Assembly: GCA_021824625.1 (NCBI GenBank)
Contig: JAKAKE010000179.1
Location: forward strand, 16,060-80,059
Source of the DNA: Bacteroidota bacterium
Lineage (GTDB): Bacteria; Bacteroidota; Ignavibacteria; Kapaibacteriales; UBA2268
Direction of reading: 5' to 3'
DNA length: 64,000 bases
A program made the position numbers and the translations under genes. The first letter of the stretch is position 1. The number at the start of each line of letters is the position of its first letter. This document shows positions 17,114-24,634 of the stretch, piece after piece. Below the pieces are notes generated by a model that was not told where the DNA came from, did not search any database, and worked only from the letters and a program-made list of their open reading frames with translations.

Positions 17114-17782
17114 ATGGAAAATGGTTTAGCAATATTTCAGCCGGTTAAAGCTGAGATTATTGGTTTAGCTAACAAATGCAATACTCTTGTAGTCAGCAAA
17201 GCTACAATTGATTCAGCAAAAAGCTTGGTTAAGGATGCTCAGAAAATTGAGAAAATTATCGAGGATAAGAGAAAGGAAATTACAGCTCCTCTTCTCGAAC
17301 AACAACGAGGCATTAAGGCCTATGCTGATAACCTTGTCAAAGAATTGTCTGAAGGCATCAAAGGATTACGTGAACAAATCAGAAACTTTGAAATCGAGCA
17401 GGAAAGAATTAGGCAGGAAGAGCTCAGGAAGATTGAAGAGGAACGTACAAGAATCGAAGCTGAGAAAAGAAAAGCAGAAGAGGAACACGCAAAGCTCGTA
17501 GCTGAAGCTCAGGCAAATGGAACACCTGTTACTGAAATACCTCCGGTGCCGGTTGTTCCTGAAGTAAGTGAACTCGACCTTAGAATGAGAGAGAAGGAAC
17601 TCGAAGCCAGCAAATCAAAATCATTGAGAACAGCATGGGATTATAAGATTGTTGATGAATCACTCATCCCAAGACAATATATGATTCCTGATGAGAAGAA
17701 ACTCAGAGCAGCAATCAAAGCAGGTTTTCATGAAATACCAGGTCTGAAAATCTTTGAGGATCCGAACTTGGTATTGAGATAA
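17114..17782 (+). CDS. coiled-coil protein of the recombination module, function unknown
   Basis: 222 aa with a highly charged E/K/R-rich central helix. Lies between the exonuclease and the SSB-like gene. Confidence 0.55.
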   Translation: MENGLAIFQPVKAEIIGLANKCNTLVVSKATIDSAKSLVKDAQKIEKIIEDKRKEITAPLLEQQRGIKAYADNLVKELSEGIKGLREQIRNFEIEQERIRQEELRKIEEERTRIEAEKRKAEEEHAKLVAEAQANGTPVTEIPPVPVVPEVSELDLRMREKELEASKSKSLRTAWDYKIVDESLIPRQYMIPDEKKLRAAIKAGFHEIPGLKIFEDPNLVLR

Positions 17783-17840
17783 GAAGAACACTATTCAATA
17801 ATTAATTTTTTTCTATAATAAATTTTTAAGGAGTATTACG

Positions 17841-18413
17841 ATGGGTTTACAAACCGAAGAACAGGTTCAGCAGGGTAAACTGAATTTTGTTTCTATTAAT
17901 AATGTAACAGGTAAGTTCAGATGTGAACATGTTGATTATCCGGGCATAGTAGGAGATTTTCTTGGGTTCAATTCTCACTCTTATGAGTTCCAAAAAGCAG
18001 ACCAGAAGAAATTGGACATTTATCTTACCGACAACGGGACGGTTTACCAGGTTCAATTTGGCTTCTATACATGGATAACTCTTAATATTTTGAATTGTAT
18101 GTCAAATATACCTTCACTCGGAGATGGCGGTAAACTGAAACTTACAGCTGTCAAAGATGACAATAACCAGCGTGTTTATATCAACTGGAATTCCAAACCA
18201 GTAAAATGGTTCAAGACAATGGAAGAACTTAAAATCTCTCCGATTAAGGATAAGCAGAAAAAAGAAGCTTTCAGGGATAAAATCATTGACAGGTTTTATG
18301 AACTTCTTTTTGATAAGTATCCTTTCGATCCGCAAGAGGCGGTTCCTGTTCAAACAGATAGTGAACCGGAAGTAAAATCTACATCGGAAGATGATCCGGA
18401 CATACCGTTTTAA
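17841..18413 (+). CDS. putative phage single-stranded DNA-binding protein (non-canonical body, canonical acidic tip)
   Basis: 190 aa. The C-terminus ...SEDDPDIPF mimics the bacterial SSB DDDIPF protein-interaction tip. Confidence 0.5.
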   Translation: MGLQTEEQVQQGKLNFVSINNVTGKFRCEHVDYPGIVGDFLGFNSHSYEFQKADQKKLDIYLTDNGTVYQVQFGFYTWITLNILNCMSNIPSLGDGGKLKLTAVKDDNNQRVYINWNSKPVKWFKTMEELKISPIKDKQKKEAFRDKIIDRFYELLFDKYPFDPQEAVPVQTDSEPEVKSTSEDDPDIPF

Positions 18414-18420
18414 TTAATCT

Positions 18421-18480
18421 CCGGTGCGGCTGTGTTCCGGTCTAGTCCTTCAACGGAATTTGCTGACAGTCGTACCGGAA
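18421..18480 (+). terminator. long GC-rich hairpin (12-bp outer stem, nested inner stem) followed by a T-rich tract
   Basis: CCGGTGCGGCTG pairs with CAGTCGTACCGG (two G-U pairs). Inner stem GTTCCG/CGGAAT. Followed by AATCTTTTGTTCTTT. Preceded by the TTAATCTCCGG motif. Confidence 0.45.
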
Positions 18481-18498
18481 TCTTTTGTTCTTTGAATA

Positions 18499-18611
18499 GG
18501 GTGAGTGACGGAATTGGTAGACGATTAATCCCAGAATCCGATGAAATAGGGAGCATCTTGAGTTAGATGGTCGGAGCAAACTCATTGCAGGTTCGAATCC
18601 TGCCTCACCCT
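18499..18611 (+). ncRNA. aberrant 113-nt tRNA-like RNA (Leu-type D arm, perfect acceptor and T arms, no canonical anticodon arm)
   Basis: Acceptor GGGTGAG/CTCACCC, D region TGACGGAATTGGTAGACG, T arm GCAGG-TTCGAAT-CCTGC. The 63-nt middle contains no 5-bp stem/7-nt loop by exhaustive hand check. Confidence 0.55.
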
Positions 18612-18717
18612 CTAATTAAAAGCAGAGTAGCAGAATCGTTCTTTTAGCTGGAAAGTATTTAACAAAATAAAACCGCTGCTCTGCTGAATTTTAATAATAA
18701 ATTATTCTTGGTGAGCT

Positions 18718-18990
18718 ATGAGTGAAAAAATAAGTTATAGAGACATGGCTAATATAAATTGGAAAACAGGGAATGAGACTTATGAAAATATTCAACTCGG
18801 ATGTCTACTGAAGATTGCTGACAACATTGAAAAAATGGCTCATAACTATACCCAGTTAATATCTGAAAGAAACAGATATAAAGAATGGTATGAGCAAGAA
18901 AGAAAAACCACACACAAACTATACCGTAGCATTTCAGCACTCAGGGGAGTGATTACCAAAATGAAAAAGAAAGCGGGAGAAGGGAAATGA
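18718..18990 (+). CDS. hypothetical protein
   Basis: 90-aa ORF. Confidence 0.5.
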   Translation: MSEKISYRDMANINWKTGNETYENIQLGCLLKIADNIEKMAHNYTQLISERNRYKEWYEQERKTTHKLYRSISALRGVITKMKKKAGEGK

Positions 18991-19451
18991 AGAAACAATT
19001 AGAGCTATCTGAAAGTGAATTAATCAGAATGGGATTTACTAAAAATGTATATCCTGCGGATGAATACAACTCTGAGAAAACAACTTATGAAATACCTATT
19101 TTGAACGGAAAGATTTATTACAATCTTAACGAATCAATATATAGATGGTATATTGAAATAAAGGCAGGAGATTATTTTAATAGCATTCATTTAAATATTG
19201 AGACCACAACAGCCCTTAACACACTCTTACAATGTTTTAGAATTAATTCTCAAATGACAGCAACACCGGAAGAATTTAATAATGGAACACCTGAAACAGA
19301 GACCTATAAAGGTGTTACTCTGAATTTGAAGGACAAAGAATATCATAATATGGTTACTTTTTATATACCTCTGAGGTATTCATTTAACACAGTGAAACAG
19401 GCAAAGGAATTTATTGATAATAAATTATTAACAAATAAATCAAGGAGATAA
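18987..19451 (+). CDS. hypothetical protein
   Basis: 154-aa ORF with a 4-bp overlap with the previous gene. Confidence 0.55.
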   Translation: MKKQLELSESELIRMGFTKNVYPADEYNSEKTTYEIPILNGKIYYNLNESIYRWYIEIKAGDYFNSIHLNIETTTALNTLLQCFRINSQMTATPEEFNNGTPETETYKGVTLNLKDKEYHNMVTFYIPLRYSFNTVKQAKEFIDNKLLTNKSRR

Positions 19452-19454
19452 ATC

Positions 19455-20747
19455 ATGGCAAAAAAGAAAAAACAACAGGCAATATCCGAAAAGGATTTTG
19501 AATCAATTCAATCCATCGAGTTTCTCATCGGTGATGATGCATACACAGGTGTAAAGGTTACAAGAAAAGACAAAACTGAACTTACTTATGGTTCTGATGT
19601 TATCAGCATGGAACATGCAGAAAATCTCATCAATGATTTTGAGGATTATTTGCTTCAGCAAGATTCAGAACTTCCCGATATTAAGGAAGAGGATGTAATT
19701 TCTGAAACCACACCCGAACCGGAAAAAGTAAACACAGCTAAGAATATGGAATATACTCATAAGCTCACACCTGAGGAGCTTGTTGAGATTGCCGATGAAC
19801 AAAATGCTTTGTTAGAGGAAAATAATAATCTTGAATCAGAGCTTGAACTGGTTAGGGAAAGAGTTAATCCTCAAATAAAAGTTAATGAAAAAAGAATCAA
19901 TGAACTGCACAGGCAATACTCAACTAAAATATTAACCAGGACTGAAACAATTACTCCTGAAATTGACTGGAAAAAAGGTGTGATGTATTATCTTCATCCG
20001 GAAACAAAAGCTATTCTTGAGGAGCTTCCTATTCCATTAGAGATGAGACAGCAATCATTAGGGTTTGATAAGTCAGGAAAAAAGGAATGGGTGATAAATA
20101 AGAATTTCAAACCTGAAAATTTATCTGCACTTCATCAATGTATTTATCATTTGTTATTTGCAGGTTATGAACCAAAAGAACTTATGGATCTTTTCGCTGA
20201 TAAAATGCCGGCTACAGCATCAAATATTAAATCATATATAAAAGAAGAATTCAAAAAGAAACCTGGTTTTTTCCTCCCCGCTGAAAAAAATAAAAAATCC
20301 CTTGATTGCTCAGCTTCCGGAATAATGCTTAAATATCAAATTGGTGATGATGAGAAAAAAATCCTCAAAGGAAAAGAGCTGTGCCTAGTAGTTACTAATG
20401 TTCTTAATCAGATAATTATTCTACCTGAATTCGAGCAATTCGTTCAGCTGACTCCCGAGCCTGAACAAAAGGAATCAAAAACGAATATAACTGAATCAAT
20501 TGATGAAATTGATAAGAATATTTGGTTTGAGTATTTCAAAGAATATCAGCACGTTGAATTTCCAAGAGGTGTTACTCCGAAGCGGATTGATAAGGTCAAA
20601 GCTGATATTATCAATTCTGGTTTCTTTATTGAACTCTGCACATCAGCTAAGAAGAATGGCTCTAAGGAATTTCATGACAGCTACGCAGCAGACTTTCTTG
20701 ATTATTGTTATGATGAATTATTGCAAAAAGGTATTATCAAGATATAG
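19455..20747 (+). CDS. hypothetical protein (430 aa, acidic coiled-coil middle)
   Basis: Long ORF with good coding texture and no recognisable motif. Confidence 0.6.
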   Translation: MAKKKKQQAISEKDFESIQSIEFLIGDDAYTGVKVTRKDKTELTYGSDVISMEHAENLINDFEDYLLQQDSELPDIKEEDVISETTPEPEKVNTAKNMEYTHKLTPEELVEIADEQNALLEENNNLESELELVRERVNPQIKVNEKRINELHRQYSTKILTRTETITPEIDWKKGVMYYLHPETKAILEELPIPLEMRQQSLGFDKSGKKEWVINKNFKPENLSALHQCIYHLLFAGYEPKELMDLFADKMPATASNIKSYIKEEFKKKPGFFLPAEKNKKSLDCSASGIMLKYQIGDDEKKILKGKELCLVVTNVLNQIIILPEFEQFVQLTPEPEQKESKTNITESIDEIDKNIWFEYFKEYQHVEFPRGVTPKRIDKVKADIINSGFFIELCTSAKKNGSKEFHDSYAADFLDYCYDELLQKGIIKI

Positions 20748-20941
20748 TGGTTATTAAGGAAATCATATTATATCATTTAGACAAACCTCAGCTTGAGGAA
20801 TTGAAAAGATATTCTCTGACAAGGGAAAATCTGAACAACCTTAAAAAGTTTGTCAGGCAGAGAAACAGGGATTTGTTCTTGAGTGGAAATAATAATGAGA
20901 AGTTCTTTTTTAAAATTAAACCAAAAGAGAAAGTGAATTGA
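20747..20941 (+). CDS. hypothetical protein
   Basis: 64-aa ORF with a GTG start, tightly packed. Confidence 0.4.
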   Translation: MVIKEIILYHLDKPQLEELKRYSLTRENLNNLKKFVRQRNRDLFLSGNNNEKFFFKIKPKEKVN

Positions 20942-21609
20942 GAGAAACCCCGAAAATATGGACGGAAAAAGAAATAGCTTTTATTAAAGCAAATTATGAG
21001 ACTATGACTGCGATTGAATTGGCGGATGTATTTACTGACCGCTATAACAATGTTACCCGGGCTCAGGTTAAAAATAAAATTTATAAACTGAGATTACATA
21101 AAACAACTAATAAAGGTCAGTTTAAAAAGGGGCAGATTTCTCACAATAAAGGAAAGAAGGGAACTCATTACAGTCCGGCTACTGAGTTCAAGAAGGGACA
21201 TTTACCTCACAACACAAAAGCTGATGGAGTTATCTCGATTCGATTATCTCATAGAAATGATAATCCGATTCCTTATAAATGGATCAGAGTTTCTTTAAGA
21301 AAATGGGAATTGCTTCATCGCTATTTATGGATCCAACGCTACGGTAAAATCCCTAAAGGTTACAATATAATTTTCAAAAATGGTAACACTCTTGATTGCA
21401 GATTGAATAATCTGGCGATGGTTTCGAGAGATGAACATCTGCAAATGAATCACAAGTACCATTCAAGTGATGGATGGATAGCATCTACATTATCTCATAA
21501 GAATCCGGAGCTAAAAAAACTTATTATGAAGAATCCGGAATTAATCGAATTAAAAAGAAAACAATTAGAATTACAAAGGAAAATCAATGAACATAGAAAA
21601 ACGGCTTAA
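20938..21609 (+). CDS. HNH (HNH_3-type) homing-like endonuclease
   Basis: LLHRYLW...IIFKNGNTLDCRLNNLAMVSRDEH matches the H-N-N-H pattern. TTG start. Confidence 0.7.
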   Translation: MRETPKIWTEKEIAFIKANYETMTAIELADVFTDRYNNVTRAQVKNKIYKLRLHKTTNKGQFKKGQISHNKGKKGTHYSPATEFKKGHLPHNTKADGVISIRLSHRNDNPIPYKWIRVSLRKWELLHRYLWIQRYGKIPKGYNIIFKNGNTLDCRLNNLAMVSRDEHLQMNHKYHSSDGWIASTLSHKNPELKKLIMKNPELIELKRKQLELQRKINEHRKTA

Positions 21610-22000
21610 ATACATGGTTGGTAAGACCTGGCTTTACAATACTAAGAATTATCTGATTAATGATTATACTATTATTGAGGATATGATCCTACTCAGTACA
21701 AATTTTGGTTTTGTTAAATTTTCTGTTGATGAAGCTCAGAAAAAATTTACTGAGTTTATTCCTATTGACGATCTGCCCGAAGTCAAGCCAGGAAATAACG
21801 GGAATGGTACTGCTACCTCAATTGAAATATATCGTAAAAAAGAGTTAAACACATTGGTTGACAGGTTAATGGAGAATATTGAAAAAGTAAAAGTAGATAA
21901 AGATTTTGTTTGGCAAGCAAATGCAATAAATAAAAGTATAACTGCTATAACGAATCTTTTAAAATTAGAATTGGAAATAAAAAGATATAGTTCGATATGA
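21587..22000 (+). CDS. hypothetical protein
   Basis: 137-aa ORF. Alternative start at 21614. Confidence 0.5.
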   Translation: MNIEKRLKYMVGKTWLYNTKNYLINDYTIIEDMILLSTNFGFVKFSVDEAQKKFTEFIPIDDLPEVKPGNNGNGTATSIEIYRKKELNTLVDRLMENIEKVKVDKDFVWQANAINKSITAITNLLKLELEIKRYSSI

Positions 22001-22013
22001 AAGGAGATAAGTG

Positions 22014-22193
22014 ATGCCATTACCTAATTGTCCGATATGCAACAGCAACGAAAATGTGCTTATAAATTTAACTGCTGATAAGTTGAATGAAACTCAAGAT
22101 AGAGTGATAGTGAATAACACAGTCTATTCTGATTATTCTTGTATGGATTGTGATGAGGATTTTAATAATGAAGATTTGAGGGAGAATAACTGA
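22014..22193 (+). CDS. small zinc-ribbon protein
   Basis: CPICNS...CMDCDE (CxxC...CxxC). AAGGAG RBS at 22001-22006. Confidence 0.5.
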   Translation: MPLPNCPICNSNENVLINLTADKLNETQDRVIVNNTVYSDYSCMDCDEDFNNEDLRENN

Positions 22194-22646
22194 ATGGATG
22201 ATGAACAATCAAAATTACTTTTAAAAGTGAAAGATTTTGCTAAAGACTGGATTACAAAAGTTGTTAGTAAAAAGAAATCTTATCAAGATAAATTATTAGA
22301 TGCTTTAGAAATGATAATTCCTGATTGTGAGTTTGAAGATAAGAGAGGGGATGCCAGATATTTCCATGAGTGTTATTTCAGGAAAGGCTTTGATTCTGCT
22401 TTAATAGAATTTATGGAAGAATATAGTCCTGATTACTTTGGAATCAGCAAAAAGGGACATAATGATTTGACTAATGCTTTACGGATTGGCGGTGATTTTT
22501 TTATATGGAGAGGTGCTGGGGTTCTTGGATATACTGTCGGAGATTTATTTAAAGTTTTTGACGGAAATTTACCAAAAGAAGTTCGAAAATATTTCTATAT
22601 GACAAGATTAAAGAAAGCAGATTTAAACGATATTATTCGGTTATAA
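22194..22646 (+). CDS. hypothetical protein
   Basis: 150-aa ORF. Confidence 0.55.
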   Translation: MDDEQSKLLLKVKDFAKDWITKVVSKKKSYQDKLLDALEMIIPDCEFEDKRGDARYFHECYFRKGFDSALIEFMEEYSPDYFGISKKGHNDLTNALRIGGDFFIWRGAGVLGYTVGDLFKVFDGNLPKEVRKYFYMTRLKKADLNDIIRL

Positions 22647-22648
22647 CT

Positions 22649-23011
22649 ATGACTAACGAGCTATTCCCTGAAACAGTTACCAATCCTTCCGAGTTGGGTT
22701 ATATTCAATCTCACTCATTGGATTACAGGGACATTTACCCTAATGCTACTCTTATGGATTTATGCAGGGCTTTAACTAAAGTGGACAGAATGAAGTTAGC
22801 TACACTTAGACTGAAGGAAGAGAAGATTGAAGTTATTACCTGCTCATCAGTTGATGAAGCGTATAAGTTAATGCAGGATACTTATTATAAAACCATGATG
22901 GGTGAGGGTTGGGAAAAAAAGTTTGAACCGAATGTATCTTCAGTTCAGAAGATTGATATTGAGTTACTTCCTGAAAAATTTGAAGTTGATTTAATAAATG
23001 TAGAAAGTTAA
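22649..23011 (+). CDS. hypothetical protein
   Basis: 120-aa ORF. Confidence 0.55.
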   Translation: MTNELFPETVTNPSELGYIQSHSLDYRDIYPNATLMDLCRALTKVDRMKLATLRLKEEKIEVITCSSVDEAYKLMQDTYYKTMMGEGWEKKFEPNVSSVQKIDIELLPEKFEVDLINVES

Positions 23012-23015
23012 TTAA

Positions 23016-23240
23016 ATGCTCATAATCCAAATCATAATATTCATTACCTCTGCATCTGCAATCTGGCTGGTCAGCCGTAAAGAAGATTGGAGACGCTGGG
23101 GATATATTATCGGATTAATCGGTCAACCGTTTTGGTTGTACTCGACTTTTGTTAATGAACAATGGGGGATTTTCCTCCTGACTTTTGTTTTTACTTATTC
23201 CTGGGGACAGGGTGTGTGGAATTATTGGGTGAGGAAATGA
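23016..23240 (+). CDS. small 2-TM membrane protein
   Basis: 74 aa with two hydrophobic, Trp-rich segments. Confidence 0.5.
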   Translation: MLIIQIIIFITSASAIWLVSRKEDWRRWGYIIGLIGQPFWLYSTFVNEQWGIFLLTFVFTYSWGQGVWNYWVRK

Positions 23241-23431
23241 ACGATAAAATAATAGGAGCTTCAATTGATTATGCTTTAAATCCTACATTAATATTTGAAT
23301 CAGGTAAAATATTAATGCAATCAATCGCAAAAATTATATATCCAGAATATTGGAATGGAGCTAAATTTGATTACCCCATTAATCCAGTTACCAAAGAGCA
23401 ATTGCCGATTATTACACAGGTGAGGAAATGA
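23237..23431 (+). CDS. hypothetical protein
   Basis: ATGA overlap with the previous gene. ATG 23237 is preferred over the track start at 23162. Confidence 0.45.
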   Translation: MNDKIIGASIDYALNPTLIFESGKILMQSIAKIIYPEYWNGAKFDYPINPVTKEQLPIITQVRK

Positions 23432-23658
23432 AAAAGAATGAAATTATTAATAGGCTGTTAGACCAGTACAGTGATACTATACACACAGTTGATAATCTAA
23501 AAGATGATTTATACTGCTTTTCAAAAGAAAGTTATACTAAATCTCTTGAGGATTTTGCAGCTATACAAGTAAAAGTAACAGGCAAAATAATGAAAATTAA
23601 AATTTCTGATGAAGTAATAAAACTTATAAAATCCAATTTAATGATTGAGGAAAAATGA
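23428..23658 (+). CDS. hypothetical protein
   Basis: 76-aa ORF with overlap coupling. Confidence 0.5.
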   Translation: MKKNEIINRLLDQYSDTIHTVDNLKDDLYCFSKESYTKSLEDFAAIQVKVTGKIMKIKISDEVIKLIKSNLMIEEK

Positions 23659-24269
23659 ATAACATTAAAAATACTATTGGTTGGGCTGATTATTCATGGA
23701 ATCCGATTGTTGGATGCAGGAAAGGATGTTATTATTGCTATGCTAAAGCAATGAATGACCGCTTTAAATTTATACCTGATTTTAGCAAACCTCAGTTCTT
23801 TCCTGAACGATTATTGGAGCCTGCAAAACTTAAGAAACCGAGTAAGATTTTTGTTTGTTCGATGGGGGAGATATTTGATGGGGAGCCAGATGATGTTATG
23901 AAAATTATTCGAGTTGCAAAGGATAACCCTCAACACACTTTTATGTTTCTTACTCAGCATCCGAACAGATATAGATTGTTTTACTTCCCTGATAATTGTA
24001 TGCTCGGTGTAACAATAACAAAAGATACAGCCCTCAATTCAGCTCAATATGATTGGCTTACATGTGGCAATCTTAATAATAAAAAATTTATATCCATCGA
24101 ACCGATTATGGGAGATTTCTCAGGATTTATTTTTGATGGAATAGACCTTGTTATCATCGGAGCTATGACCGGGCCTAAAGCAAAACCTACTCAAAAGGAA
24201 TGGATTGAATCTGTGAAACATCACAATATTTTTTATAAAGAATCAGCGAAAAGATTTTTACAAATTTGA
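23655..24269 (+). CDS. phage Gp37/Gp68-family protein (DUF5131)
   Basis: N-terminus IGWADYSWNPIVGCRKGCYYCYA is the characteristic motif of this family. Confidence 0.7.
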   Translation: MNNIKNTIGWADYSWNPIVGCRKGCYYCYAKAMNDRFKFIPDFSKPQFFPERLLEPAKLKKPSKIFVCSMGEIFDGEPDDVMKIIRVAKDNPQHTFMFLTQHPNRYRLFYFPDNCMLGVTITKDTALNSAQYDWLTCGNLNNKKFISIEPIMGDFSGFIFDGIDLVIIGAMTGPKAKPTQKEWIESVKHHNIFYKESAKRFLQI

Positions 24270-24363
24270 TTACAAATTTAGAGTAGTCTGAAATCATTAA
24301 ATATAAATAAATCAATGAAATGAATTAACAAATTTTCTTACAAATTTTAAAAATAAATGGGAT

Positions 24364-24594
24364 ATGAATAATACTTATAGATGTGGTTTTTGTGGCTGTC
24401 CTACAGATAAAGATGGACACCCTGTAGATTTTAACGGGACTGATGAGGAATTAAATATTGCTGAATTGGTTCAGGGTTATTGTTGCTTAGAACAAGAAAG
24501 AGATGAATATGTAAGAATAACCATGGATATGGCTATTGATGCCGGAGATAGAAGTCTAGTAGGACAATTAATAAAGTGGGAATTAATGCCTTGA
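24364..24594 (+). CDS. small Cys-rich protein
   Basis: 76 aa with CGFCGCP...GYCC. Confidence 0.45.
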   Translation: MNNTYRCGFCGCPTDKDGHPVDFNGTDEELNIAELVQGYCCLEQERDEYVRITMDMAIDAGDRSLVGQLIKWELMP

Positions 24595-24634
24595 CTTTTA
24601 ACTAAATACATTGCACGTTAGCATAAGATTTTTA

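Noticed and set aside
17208-17501. 97-aa alternative-frame ORF within 17114-17782
   Set aside because: It is on the same strand but out of frame in a purine-rich coiled-coil coding region. The longer frame has the RBS and the operon spacing.
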